Below are positions 18,790-37,902 of a stretch of 64,000 nt of DNA, in pieces. Below the pieces are notes generated by a model. That model was not told where the DNA came from and did no database searches. It was given only the letters and a program-made list of their open reading frames with translations. Numbering within the stretch: the first letter of the stretch is position 1; every line of letters begins with the position of its first letter. The position numbers and the translations under genes are program-made. This stretch comes from the human T2T-CHM13v2.0 reference genome, Homo sapiens: assembly GCF_009914755.1 (NCBI RefSeq), contig NC_060948.1. One strand, given 5' to 3'.

Positions 18790-20760
18790 TGAGTGTCCTG
18801 CATCTGGGGATCCACCTACACTCTACACTAGACACACCCAGTGTCCTCCGTCTGGGGGATACACCAACACTCTACAGTAGATACACTGAATGTCCTCCAT
18901 CTGGTGATGCACCTACACTCTGCAATAGACACACTCAATGTCCTCCATTGGGGGGATCCATCTACACTCTACACTAGACACACTCAATGTCCTCCATCTG
19001 GGGATCCTCCTACACTCTACAATAGACACACTCAATGTCCTCCATCTGGGGATCCTCCTGCACTCTACAATAGACACACCCAGTGTCCTCCGTCTGGGGG
19101 ATACACCAACACTCTACAGTAGATACACTGAATGTCCTCCATCTGGGGATGCACCTACACTCTACACTAGACACACTCAATGTCCTCCATTGGGGGGATC
19201 CATCTACACTCTACACTAGACACACTCAATGTCCTCCATCTGGGGATCCCCCTACACTCTACAATAGACACACTCAATGTCCTCCATCTGGGGATCCTCC
19301 TACACTCTACAATAGACACACTCAATGTCCTCCATCTGGGGATCCCCCTACACTCTACACTAGACACACTCAATGTCCTCCATCTGGGGATCCTCCTACA
19401 CTCTACAATAGATACACTCAATGTCCTCCATCTGGGGATCCTCCTACACTCTACACTAGACACACTCAATGTGCTCCATCTGGGGATCCTCCTACACTCT
19501 ACAATAGACACACTCAATGTCCTCCATCTGGGGATCCTCCTACACTCTACACTAGACACACTCAATGTCCTCCATCTGGGGATCCTCCTACACTCTACAA
19601 TAGACACACTCAATGTCCTCCATCTGGGGATCCTCCTACACTCTACACTAGACACACTCAATGTGCTCCATCTGGGGATCCTCCTACACTCTACAATAGA
19701 AACACTCAGCGTCCTCCATCTGGGGATCCACCTACACTCTACAATAAACCAACTCAATTTGCTCCATCTGGGGATCCATCTACACTCTACACTAGACACA
19801 CTCAATGTCCTCCATCTGGGGATCCTCCTACACTCTACAATAGACACACTCAATGTCCTCCATCTGGGGATCCTCCTACACTCTACACTAGACACACTCA
19901 ATGTCCTCCATTGGGGGGATCCATCTACACTCTACAATAGACACACTCAATGTCGTCCATCTGGGGATCCTCCTACACTCTACAACAGATACACTCAATG
20001 TCCTCCATCTGGGGATCCTCCTACACTCTACAATAGACACACTCAATGTCCTCCATCTGGGGATCCTCCTACACTCTACAATAGACACACTCAATGTCCT
20101 CCATCTGGGGATCCTCCTACACTCTACAATAGACACACTCAATGTCCTCCATCTGGGGATCCTCCTACACTCTACAATAGATACACTCAATGTCCTCCAT
20201 CTGGGGATCCTCCTACACTCTACAATAGAAACACTCAGCGTCCTCCATCTGGGGATCCACCTACACTCTACAATAAACCAACTCAATTTGCTCCATCTGG
20301 GGATCCACCCACACTTTGCAATAGACACACTCAATGTCCTCCATCTGGGGATCCACTTACCCTTTACAGTACACACACTGAATGTCCTCCATCTGGGGAT
20401 CCAGCTACACTCTACACTAGATACACTCAATGTCCTCCATCTTGGGATCCAGCTATACTCTACAATAGAAACACCCATCTGGGGATCCACCTACACTCTA
20501 CACTAGACACATTCAATGTCCTCCATCTGGGGATCCACCTACACTCTACAATAGAAACACTCAGCGTCCTCCATCTGGGGCTCCACCTACACTCTACAAT
20601 AGACACACCCATCTGGGGATCCACCTACACTCTACAATAGACACACCCATCTGGGAATCCACCTACACTCTATTGTAGATCCACAATCTACAATAGACAC
20701 ACTCAGCGTCCTCCATCAGGGGATCCACCTACACTGTACAATAGAGATACCCAGTGACCA
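18790..20760. repeat. 48-bp VNTR minisatellite, ~40 copies
   Basis: Unit ctcaatgtcctccatctggggatcctcctacactctacaatagacaca; 16-aa periodicity in the ORF track. Confidence 0.97.
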
Positions 20761-20934
20761 CCATCTTGGCACCCACCCACACTACAATAGAGATAGATTC
20801 CCAGTGTCCCCTATTTGGGGAACCTACCTGCACTCTGCAATGAATATGCACATCAACTTTCTGGGGTTTCTCCTTGCAATCTGGGATAGACCTATTCGTT
20901 GTTCACTGCCCTTGAGTAGCTGAGGGTCGTTGCT

Positions 20935-21275
20935 CAGGCATTTTTGGAAGGAAGTTTGGTCTTAATCTAAGGCATCTTTGGAAGGAAAGTTGGTCTTAAC
21001 CTAAGGCATTTTTGGAAGGAAGATTGGTATTATCCTAAGGCATCTTTGGAAGGAAGGTTGGTCTTAATGTAAGGCATCTTTGGAAGGAAAGTTGGTCTTA
21101 ACCTAAGGCATTTTTGGAAGGAAGGTTGGTCTTAACATAAGGCATTTTTGGAAGGAAGGTTGGCCTTAATCTAAGGCATTTTTGGAAGGAAGGTTGGTCT
21201 TATCCTAAGGCATCTTTGGAAGGAAGGTTGGTCTTAATGTAAGGCATCTTTGGAAGGAAGGTTGGTCTTAATCTT
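20935..21275. repeat. 34-bp VNTR, ~10 copies
   Basis: Unit aaggcatctttggaaggaaggttggtcttaatct. Confidence 0.95.
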
Positions 21276-22467
21276 GTGTCCACCTGCAGCCTGCTATGTT
21301 TTATTCTTGGGTTTTCTCTCACTTTTTTGCCTAGCAGAAGCAAGCCATGAAGCTGTGTCCATGAGATATTCTGTAGAGCCTGGAATAATCCCTCCTTTCC
21401 ACGTCTTGTCCCGCCATGGAGTGCCCCAGAGTTCCGGGACGTGGAAGGTGCCGTCCCCTGCCTGACACGGTGCTGCCCAGCTCCCTCCTCATCCCGGTGG
21501 CTTCCCAAACTCCCCGGGCCTGCTGGAGGAAACACCTGTGCTGAAGACTCGGAGGCCCTTCCCTCCAAACCCTGACTCCGGGGTCAGCGACGCCAACAGG
21601 TGTTTTTTCTCAGAATCGCCTTCTTGTCTGAATTGAGCCCCAGGATCAGAAGGCCAAGGGGCCAGGGGTCAGACGCAGCCACGCAGGGTTCCCCGGGGGC
21701 CAGGGCTTACCAGGTGGTTAATATTATCAGAGCTCATTTGCTGAAGCTGGACTGGCGTGTTCTCGGCGGTCCCAAATAAATTTAACGAGAGCGACTTTCA
21801 AAGCCCACCTATTAGGACCGTCTGTTCAATGGACAGGAGGGTTAACCGTAATTCGAGGAGGCAGCTTGGCCGTCTCCAAATAGGAACACATGGACTGTGA
21901 GGCTTGGCCCCATTTGTGGTAATTTTAAGGTCTCGTTTCCATTTGTAAGAAACATAACTACTTACATATGGAAAGAATGAATAAGAGAAGTCATTAAAAT
22001 TTCTCTAATTTAGGAAAAAAATAAAAAAAAAAAGATGTAACGAAGTAATATCTTTACCAGGCCAGGCAGAAATGTAAATTAGACATTAGAAGAAAAACCT
22101 ATTAACAGGATGGCTGGATGGCTGCGTGGCTTGCCTGTTTTTTTTTTTTTTTAATCTAATGAATTTATGAATTGCTAGTTGTGGGGGTCACAGATTTTGT
22201 TAATTTCCTATGTGTTTAGCTCTGCAGTAAGAAGGGAGGATTTGCTTATGAACCACGGATGCTAAGTCCATTAGCGGGGCGGTTGCTAATCAGAACACAA
22301 ATGGTAATACGTACGGTCCAGCATTGAAAAAAAAAAAGACAGAAAAACACATGAATTATTTCAAGTTGGGGTTTTTCCAACTTCTGTCCGTTGTCCCCAC
22401 AGGTCATCAGAATATTTAAACATCAGGGAGTAAGAGGCGACCTAGCTAGGTAGCTGCCTGATTATAA

Positions 22468-23080
<613 letters not shown>

Positions 23081-23101
23081 TGTTAAAATGTTTTGTTGCC
23101 A

Positions 23102-23503
23102 GGCCAGGCACGGTGGCTCACGCCTATAATCCCAGCACTTTGGGAGGTTGAGGCAGGTGGATCACCTGAGGTCGGGAGTTCGAGACCAGCCTGGCCAACA
23201 TGGAGAAACCCCATCTCTACTAAAAATACAAAAATTAGCTGGGTTTGATGGTGGGTGCCTGTAATCCCAGCTACTCAGGAGGCTGAGGCAGGAGAATCAC
23301 TTGAACCCAGGAGGCAGAGTTTGCAGTGAGCTGAGATCGTGCCACCAAACCCAGATAATTTTGTTTGTTTGTTTGTTTGTATTTTTAGTAGAGAAGGAGT
23401 TTCACTATGTTGGCAAGGCTGGTCTTGAACTCCTGACCTTGTGATCCACCTGCCTCAGCCTCTCAAAGTGCTGAGATTACACATGTGAACCACTGTGCCC
23501 AGC
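23102..23503. mobile_element. Plus-strand Alu (23102-23345) fused to a minus-strand Alu left arm (23345-23503)
   Basis: gagatcgtgccacca switches into aacccagataattttgt...gtatttttagtagag. Confidence 0.85.
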
Positions 23504-23504
23504 C

Positions 23505-24230
23505 CATCCCCTCTTCTTATGAGGTGTCTTAGTCGATTTCAGGCTGCCATCTCAGAACACCATAGACTGGGTGGCTTCAAAATAACAGACATTGATTCTC
23601 CCACAGTCCTGGCGGCTGGAAGTCTGAGATCAAGGTGTAGGAAGGGTTGGTTTCTCCTAAGGCCTCTCTCTTTGCCCTGTAGATGCCATCTTCTCCCTGT
23701 GTGCTCACAGGGTCATCCCTCTGTCTGTGTCTGTGTCCTCATCTCATCTTCTTATGGGATGTCTTAGTCCATTTCAGGCTGCTATCACAGAACACCATAG
23801 ACTGGGTGGCTTAGAAACAACAAACATTGATTCTCCCACAGTCCTGGAGGCTGGAAGTCTGAGATTAAGGTGTGGGCAGGGCTGGTTCTTCCTGGGGCCT
23901 CTCTCCTGGGCTTGCCGACACCATAGTCTCCTTGCGTCCTCACACGGTCATCCCTCTGTGTGTGTCTGTGTCCTCATTTCCTCTTCTTATGGGATGCCTT
24001 AGTCCATTTCAGACTGCCATCACAGATCACCATTAGACTGGGTGGCTTAGAAACAACAGACATTGATTCTCCCACAGTCCTGCAGGCTGGAAGTCTGAGA
24101 TGAAGGTGTGGGCAGGGCTGGTTCCTCCTGAGGACCCTCTCCTGTGCTTGCAGACCGTATCTTCTCCCTGAGTCCTCACGTGGTCCTCCCTCTGTGTGTG
24201 TCTGTGTCATCATCTCCTCTTCTTATAAGG
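23505..24230 (-). repeat. 3 x 235-bp tandem repeat of a MaLR (MLT1A/B-like) LTR 3' segment
   Basis: tgtcttagtccatttcaggctgc...caccatagactgggtggctt at 23525, 23760 and 23995. Confidence 0.88.
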
Positions 24231-24547
24231 ACTTCTGCCTGGGCAACAAGAGCGAAAGTCTGTCTCAAAAAAAAAAAAAAAAAAAGTTTTGTTACCATCT
24301 TCTTCCCAGAACTGAGAAGGCTACAGAAACGCTGGTCCTGAAACGGTGTCCATTTCTCTGCTCAATTCTTCTGGGACTTCATCCCAGTAGGTTGAGACCA
24401 AGTAAATAAATGATAATCCTGGATAGCAGGTGTGTGCAGGTTTAAGAGGAGGCAGAGAGAGAAGGGAGCCATCATTTGCCCCAACCGCTCCATGTGTCTT
24501 CATCCTACTGTAATCAAGTGGAAATGAGTAAGAAGGAACCATGTCTG

Positions 24548-25010
<463 letters not shown>

Positions 25011-25029
25011 AACAGCTTTATTTTTGCCC

Positions 25030-25790
25030 CAAAAGAATTGACATGAGAATCTTGAAGAAATACCTGGATTCCCATACTCACTGATGAATTATCCACAATA
25101 GCCAAGACACGGACCAAACCAAGCAACCACGAATGGATGAATGGATAACGAAATTGGGAGAATTATCCACAATAGCCAAGACAGGGACCAAACCAAGCGG
25201 TCACGAATGGATGAATGGATAAAGAAATTGGGAGAATTATCCATAATAGCCAAGACATGGACCAAACCAAGTGACCATGAATGGATGAATGGTTAAAGAA
25301 ACTGGGAGGATTATCCGCAATACCCAAGACACGGACCAAACCAAGTATTATCCACAATAGCCAAGACACGGACAAACCAAGCGACCAAAAATGGATGACT
25401 GGATAAAGAAATTGGAAGAATTATCCACAATAGCCAAGACATGGACCAAACCAAGAGACCATGAATGGATGAATGGAAACTGAGAGACCATGAATGGAGG
25501 AATGGATAAAGATATTGGGAGAATTATCCACAATAGCCAAGACATGCAACCAAACCAAGCGACCATGAATGGATGCATGGATAAAGAAATTGGGACATCA
25601 ATAATATACATGCATTGGAATATTACTCAGCCTTGAAAAAGAAGAAAATCTTGCCATTTGCAACAACACAGGTGAACCTGGAGGACATTATGTTTCGTGA
25701 GATAAGCCAGGCACAGAAACACAAATACTTCATGATCTCCCTTAAATGAGAAATCTAAAATAGTCAAACTCATAGAAGCAGAGAGGAGAA
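25030..25790 (+). mobile_element. Old L1M 3' fragment with internal ~74-bp tandem expansion (25087-25595)
   Basis: attatccacaatagccaagacatgga...gaatggatgaatggataaagaaa repeated ~7x, then ggaatattactcagcc...gaacctggaggacattatg. Confidence 0.85.
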
Positions 25791-26099
25791 CTCATACCAT
25801 GTTTTCTGTGGATTGACTTTGGCCAAGAAGAACAATGCATTCATGTGAGACACGTATATTCTTCTGCAGATGGGAACCAAAGGCCTTTGCTGTCTTCATG
25901 CCAGCAGCTGCCTGTCTTCATCCTCCGAGCCAAGAGATATTCCTCACATATTCCTCATAGCGGTGCCGCATCGTGAAACCACAGAAAAGAAGAGACACTT
26001 CTGAGCTCTGGACTTGCTTTCCGCGCTCCCACAAGAGCTGACCACAGGTTTCATCTGTCTTTTTCTCTTTCTTTTTTCATATTTTATTTTTCATTGACC

Positions 26100-27140
26100 A
26101 ATAATAATTGCATGTATTTAATATGCAATCATTGTACCCCATAATATATGACACATAGAATATATAAAATATATAAATTTAAATTATATATAATATAATA
26201 CATATATTTATATATCTATTTATATGTAAAATGAAATATATATACTATTGTACCGCATAATATATGTATAATATAATCAATACATATATTTTAAATATAT
26301 TTACATATAAATGCATGTTTGTTATATGTATTGATTTATTATATTAAAATAAAATAAATATATATCATTGTGCCCCATTATATATTGATGTATGTTATAT
26401 TATATCTATAAATATACATATTTAAAGATATATAATATATTTAACTATATTACATAGCAATCATATATCTTATATATAATATATAACATAATATATATTT
26501 ATTAATTATATATTCTATAATTATACATATACTATATACTACATACTATATTATATATTATATAGTAATTATACATGTTATATATTATATTATTATATAT
26601 TATGTTTTATTATAATATATTATATAACATAATATATAATAATATATTATTATATATTGTTTTATTATAATATATTATATAACATAATATATAATAATAT
26701 ATTATTATATATTATGTTTTATATCATATATTATATAACATTATAAAATATAATAATATATTATTATATAGTATATTTTATTATATTATATAACATTATA
26801 AAATATAATATATTATTATATATAAAATATAATATATTACAATATAATTATATATTATATGATAATTATACATGTTATATATTATAATTAATAATAAAAT
26901 AATACAGCATGTAATATATCATATATCATATAATATATACTATATAAGTATGTATTTACATATACATATTTATATGTATTTATATGTATTAAATGTATAA
27001 TAAAATAAATATATATTATTATACTCTATTATGTATACACACACACATATATACCCTATTATATACATATACATGTAATGAATTGAAATTAGGATCTATA
27101 ATGTATATGTTATGGGGTACAATGTGACGTTTTGACATAG
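26100..27140. repeat. AT-rich low-complexity tract within a probable minus-strand L1M 3' end
   Basis: Nearly pure TA degenerate repeat; flanks aataataattgcatgtattt and ggggtacaatgtgacgttttg are L1M-like. Confidence 0.85.
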
Positions 27141-27385
27141 GCTTATATACATTTCACATTTCGAAATCTCTAAAAGAGTCAATTTTCAACGTTCTGTCCA
27201 AGCCCATGTTTAATGTGGTTGTTGAAAGTGCCAGCGAACATTTAGGACGTCCCCGGCTGCACACGTCTCCTTACCCTCCATGCCAAGGCACCATCTTCTC
27301 CCAAGCTGGGTTCTTGGCATTTTGCAAAACAATGTGCCATGCCTAGGCCCCCAAATCCCTGGCATCCTATAAATGCATTCAACGA

Positions 27386-27945
<560 letters not shown>

Positions 27946-28954
27946 TTCCAGGTCCCCTCAGTTGGCACGCCTGACTTCTTAGGTTGGATAATTTCTTAGG
28001 ATAAGAAATCCGAGCCTAATTTCTTAGGATAAGAAATCTGTCTTAGGATAAGAAATATGAGGACAGACAGAGGAAACCCAAACACATTGCAAGAAGAAAT
28101 GCTTCAGGCCCAGATTCTTGGGTGTCTGGCTGTCTTCCTGAGCCTCCCAAATGCGTCTTTCGTAACCTAAGAGAGCTCTGGAAACAGTGGGGTTTGTATA
28201 TGTGGGGTTTGCCGGTCTCCTAGGGCAGGTGGTAAAAGGAGATTGTCCTAAGCGGTGGTTTATGGGGCTCCGGGGGTGTGTGAACGGCCTCAGAGCACCG
28301 TTTAGACAAGCGCAAACATAAAAGTGAGAGGCTGCTGGAAACGTTTAAAGAAGAGGGAAGAGGCGGCCGGGGGAGTCGGGGGCCTGATCCAGCACCTTGG
28401 CCCTGTCGATTTTCACGTCCCGACCACACTGGGTGTGGATGGAAATAGCTGGGTGGGTTTGTGTGAATTAAAACATTTATAGAGCCCTATGCTCCTGTTA
28501 CCTCTTAGGCGACTTATTAAAGTACAGTTAGTGTAAACACGGGGGTCGTAAACCTGCAGGGCTCAAGCACCAATTAAAATAATAAAAAACAAGAGGCCAC
28601 CGCACACTGAGGGGTCTTTGGCACGGGCTGCAAGGGGGAGGAGGAGGGAGGCCAAGCCAGGCTCCCTGGGAGGGGAGCCCGGAGGATTCCAGCTCCACCA
28701 AGAAACACAGAGGTCAGAGTGAAAGAAACAGTGCAATAGGGATTCTGGAAAGAAAAAGGCACCTTGACAGCAGAGATTTCAAACCAGGAGATGCATCCCC
28801 AGATATGGGACAGTTGAAGATTAAACAGCTGTTGGGGGGTTAATTCTGGGTTCCATAAAGACGTAGAGATTTCATGCTGTAGACCCAGGTACAATGGGGA
28901 CGTCACCAAACTGCTCAGCAGCTGGTTTTGGGATGCAAGAAGGGCTATGCCTTC

Positions 28955-29900
28955 CCCCTGGGGCTGGGATGGAGGAAGAGTCGTGTCTACACCTGAACTC
29001 TCTGGGATTGAGATGGAGGAGGTGGTGTCCACACCCTCACCCACTGGGGCTGCCATGGAGGAGGAGGAGGGAGGTGTCCACACTCTCCACCCTGGGGTTG
29101 GGATGATGGAGGAGGAAGAGGAGGGGTGGTGTCCACACCCTCAACCACTGGGGCTGCCATGGAGGAGGAGGAGGGGCGGTGTCCATGGAGGAGGAGGAGG
29201 GGCGGTGTCCACACTCTCTCTCCTGGGGCTGGGATGATGGAGGAGGAGGAGGGGCCGTGTCCACACTCTCCTCCCTGAGGCTGGGATGATGGAGGAAGAG
29301 GGGTGGTGTCCACACCCTCACCCCTGGGGCTGGGATGGAGGAGGAGGAGGAGGGGCCGTGCCACATTCTCAGCCCTGGGGCTGGGATGGAGGAGGAGGGG
29401 TGGTGTCCACACTCTCTCTCTTGGGGCTGGGATGATGGAGGAGGAGGAGGGGCCGTGTCCACACTCTCCCCCCTGGGGCTGGGATGATGGAGGAAGAGGA
29501 CTGGTGTCCACACCCTCACCCCTGGGGCTAGGATGGAGGAGGACGAGGAGGAGGGGCCGTGCCACATTCTCAGCCCTGGGGCTGGGATGATGGAGGAGGA
29601 GGAGGGGCTGTGTCCACACTCTCCCCCCTGGGGCTGGGATGATGGAGGAGGAGGAGGGGCTGTGTCCACACTCTCCCCCCTGTGGCTGGGATGATGGAGG
29701 AAGAGGACTGGTGTCCACACCCTCACCCCTGGGGCTAGGATGGAGGAGGAGGAGGAGGGACCGTGTCCACACTCTCCCCACTGGGGCTGGGATGGAGGAG
29801 GAAGAGGGGTGGTGTCCACACTCTGCCCTCTGGGGCTGGGATGGAGGAGGAGGAGGAGGGGCTGTGTCCACATTCTCAGCCCTGGGGCTGGGATGGAGGA
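28955..29900. repeat. G-rich VNTR, variable ~50-58-bp unit
   Basis: ggggctgggatgatgg(agg)n ggccgtgtccacactctc...cct repeated. Confidence 0.93.
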
Positions 29901-29943
29901 GGAATTGGCTCTCTCATGATGCCCTCATTCCTCCCTGTCCTCC

Positions 29944-30530
29944 TGAAAGCGCCTTTGCAAAAATTATAACTGAAGAAATTACGACAGCGAAAGAGACCTA
30001 ACCACCCACCTCCCCCCGCCCCATCTTCTTTCTAACCTCGAAACTGTCTTTATTCATTCCTGGGCATAGTAGCCTCAGAAGGAATTTAGTTTATAGTTTA
30101 AACTCTGAAACAAAACTGACAATAGCCCTTTTCCGGGAGGGCAGGGACGGCAGGAACCTTCTTGCTTGGGGACCAGCCTGCCTTGGCAGGACTAATAAAT
30201 TAGCTACAAGATTAGGAATTACGCCTGAAGGACCATGCAGCCTCTGGTTCCAAGAGTCTGAACCTCCCACATATAGCTCCTGGGGATAACATCATTGTTG
30301 CAGAACCCAAGATCGGTGTTTGAGATATTTTGCAGATCCCGGATTCCAATGCAGCCGATGACACCACACAGACCGGTAACGTGGCTCAACCAGATATCAG
30401 CCATCCCACACAGGAACAGAAGACAGCACGGACTCACTTCAAACCCCTGTGATTTCACCCTCAACCTGACCAACCAGCACTCTCTGCTTCCTGAGCCCCC
30501 ACCCACCAAATCATCCTTAAAAACTCCAAT
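29944..30530 (+). mobile_element. ERV1 LTR, LTR8-like
   Basis: Starts tgaaagcgcctttgcaaaaattataactga, matching my recollection of the LTR8 5' end. Confidence 0.75.
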
Positions 30531-30585
30531 CGCTGGCCAGGTGCAGTGACTCACGCCTGTCATCCCAGCACTTTGGGAGGCCGAG

Positions 30586-30895
30586 GGGTTTTCTGTTGTC
30601 ATCCTTTTTGAGCAAAATCCTGGGAACTTCATACATTGTTTGTTCCAGTATCTTCTCAGTTAATGGAGCTCCTTTGAAATGCTGACGGTCTGCTTACACA
30701 GGTTAACTCCTTGAGGAAGGGGGTTGGGTAAGGAGCACTTAGTGTCTTGTAAATCAAGGGGCCAAATGGAGTGCGTCCGGCTTTCCCAGCTGAGAGAGAG
30801 TCTATTCTCATGGGAAACAAGGCTAGGTCATTAAAGAGACAAAAAGGGAACGTCTAAAAGTAGGGTTAGTAAAAAAAACAAGGTTAGGCATTACA
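30586..30895 (-). mobile_element. ERV1 LTR 5' fragment (family uncertain)
   Basis: Reverse complement starts tgtaatgcctaaccttgttttt..actaacccta. Confidence 0.6.
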
Positions 30896-31029
30896 CGTTG
30901 CTGATTGATTGACGCATGTCGTCCTCGGAGGAGCCTCCGATGAAGTCTCCTGGGTTTGAGTTGCAGCCTGGGATGGCCCTGCTGGACCTCAAGTGACCTC
31001 ACCAACGAAATCTGGTTGAGTGTGTCTGA

Positions 31030-31443
<414 letters not shown>

Positions 31444-31781
31444 TAAAACCAATTTTCCACTGCCCACTTCCTGGGATGCTCTTTGAGAAGAACTTACTTC
31501 TTTCTCAAATTAATGAGCGTTTTGCCCCGATATTCACCCATGCGTTTCTGATACGTTTGCAATTAACCTGGAGGGACTTGTGTGAGCTTATTTATTTTTC
31601 CCTAATACGTAGACATGGGTTTTAACAGATTTGAGGATCCTACGGAATTCCAGCGCTCGGGGCCAGATCCTGAAGCCTCCAGATGTCGGGTGTCGTAACC
31701 ACACAGCCCGCCTTGTTATTTCACTGCAGGTGGAGTTTTCCTCGTTTACCCTCTGTGGACAGCATTCTCTTCCCCTTGTCC

Positions 31782-32670
<889 letters not shown>

Positions 32671-33157
32671 GTTGCAATACAACCTGGGCGACAAGAGCGA
32701 CCAAGGCAGGCGGATCACGAGGTCAGGAGATCGAGACCGTCCTGGTTAACACAGTGAAATCTCAGCTCACTGTGACCTCTGCCTTCTGGGTTCAAGCAAT
32801 TGTCCTGCCTCAGCCTCCCAAGTAGCTGGGATTACAGGTGTGCCTAAGCCTAGCTCTGGTGGAGCATCACCAGCTGGAGGTCCCCGGCTTGCAAAGTGAC
32901 CAAGAACTAAATCCTCCATCATTTCTACCCTCCAAACCCCAGAAAAAGAGACTGCAACCACTCAACTGCACAGCCAATAGCTGTGAACAAGAAGTTCAGG
33001 AACCATGGCCAAAACATTCAGGAACCTTGGCCAAAAGTTCACAGAAGTGGAGTTTAACTAAGAAGTTGATTCTGGCAATGCTTTTCCCATTAACTGGTGC
33101 ATGAAATGAATTTCTTGTTTCAATAGAAACACTGCATTTTTCATTAGAGAAAATAAG

Positions 33158-33697
<540 letters not shown>

Positions 33698-33784
33698 CTA
33701 TACTCTGTAAGCCAGGCTGCCTACTCTAACTATGGTGGAATTTTAGGTCTCCTCATGCTTTCTCTCAGCTGACCTTCCACCTTC

Positions 33785-34585
<801 letters not shown>

Positions 34586-34917
34586 GGAAATCTAATTCTA
34601 AGACAGGGCTGTGATTGGAGACTGGTCTAGCGACTGCATGGGGCTTAGGTCTCGAGTGAGTGGCTTGTATTGTGTCAACATTCTCCTCCCACAGAAAGGG
34701 GATGTGGATGCTTTGAAAGGGTACGTTTGAGTTTTTGCTCTTGAGAAAGTGTTCTATTCTCTATCCTCTGCAAATCTACCTAGGGAAGACACACCACTAC
34801 CTCTAGCAGTAGAGACCAAAGACCTTCATGTATACAGCAAGTCCCATACCCACCGCTGCCTTAGGAAGGCAGAAGCTCCCCCAACAAGGAGACTTCTCGT
34901 ACAAGGAAAGATGGACC

Positions 34918-35060
34918 TGTTACCGGACAGTGGTCTCGATCCGGATCCCAAGAGAGGGTTCCTGGATCCGGTGCGAGAAAGAATTCAGGGCGGGTCCACA
35001 GTGCAAAGCAAAAGTAAGTTAATCACAAAAGTAAAGTGGCAAAAATACAGCTACCCCATA
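34918..35060 (-). mobile_element. ERV1 LTR fragment (LOR1/LTR19-like)
   Basis: tgttaccgga...cccaagagagggttcctggatc...aagaattcagggcg; similar fragment at 46626-46745. Confidence 0.55.
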
Positions 35061-35223
35061 GCAAACAGGTTTGCTGAAAAGGTAGCCAAAGATAGTGAGG
35101 GAACTGATGAATTCACTGTGGCTAAATCCAGCTAAGGAGGACTCAGCTTCTACATCTAGGTATCAACAACCATCTGATTGATCCGACAGGCCCAGTTTCC
35201 ACAGCATTTAAGATTATTAAGAA

Positions 35224-36493
<1,270 letters not shown>

Positions 36494-36585
36494 AGAATAA
36501 GGGGTTCCCAAAAGTAAGAGGAGGAACGCGTCCTCCCTAGGTACAATATTCATTTATATATATGATTTAAAAAAAGATCATGGGC

Positions 36586-37268
<683 letters not shown>

Positions 37269-37743
37269 CTGCACCTCCCTTTTAATTCATATAAGGGTGG
37301 GCTTGCAATATACTTCCAGGCCAAAGTTTGAGCTCAAAACTTGCATTTTCAGACATTACTTTGAAGCGTTTGAATAACAACAAATGCTTGGCAGCTGCAA
37401 TACCATTATTTACTCTACCTTTATTTCATTATTAATGTGCTGTTCTCAGTATATTAACATGAAGCGTTGGCTGCGGTCAGAGATGGAGATTTTATTATTT
37501 ATATGTAACAAATGTATTCATTAATAATTGAATTACACAGACAGCACACAAATAAATATAGCAAATTATTAATTTATAACACACTGGGGGGGGATTTATA
37601 AAATTCCAGTAAATACAGTCTTTAATCAACTATAGACTTTTTTAAAAAAACACTTTATATTAGGATTCACATCTTGTTTATCTTCCTTTGTTGTATATTT
37701 CTATATTTGCGTATTAGCAGATATAAGCTACATTTAAAGATAG

Positions 37744-37902
<159 letters not shown>

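Noticed and set aside
19083-20640. ORFs up to 486 aa with a 16-aa period; CRISPR-like regular array
   Set aside because: 48-bp VNTR with contiguous units, no unique spacers and no cas genes; primate DNA
26100-27110. Possible palindromic AT-rich repeat (PATRR)
   Set aside because: Could not verify a long true palindrome by eye; appears to be degenerate direct TA repeats
28987-29873. Pro/Ser-rich ORFs of 278-294 aa
   Set aside because: Translation of the G-rich VNTR
28955-29900. PRDM9 13-mer CCNCCNTNNCCNC in the VNTR
   Set aside because: Only near-matches (e.g. CCTCCATCATCCC) found by eye, so not claimed
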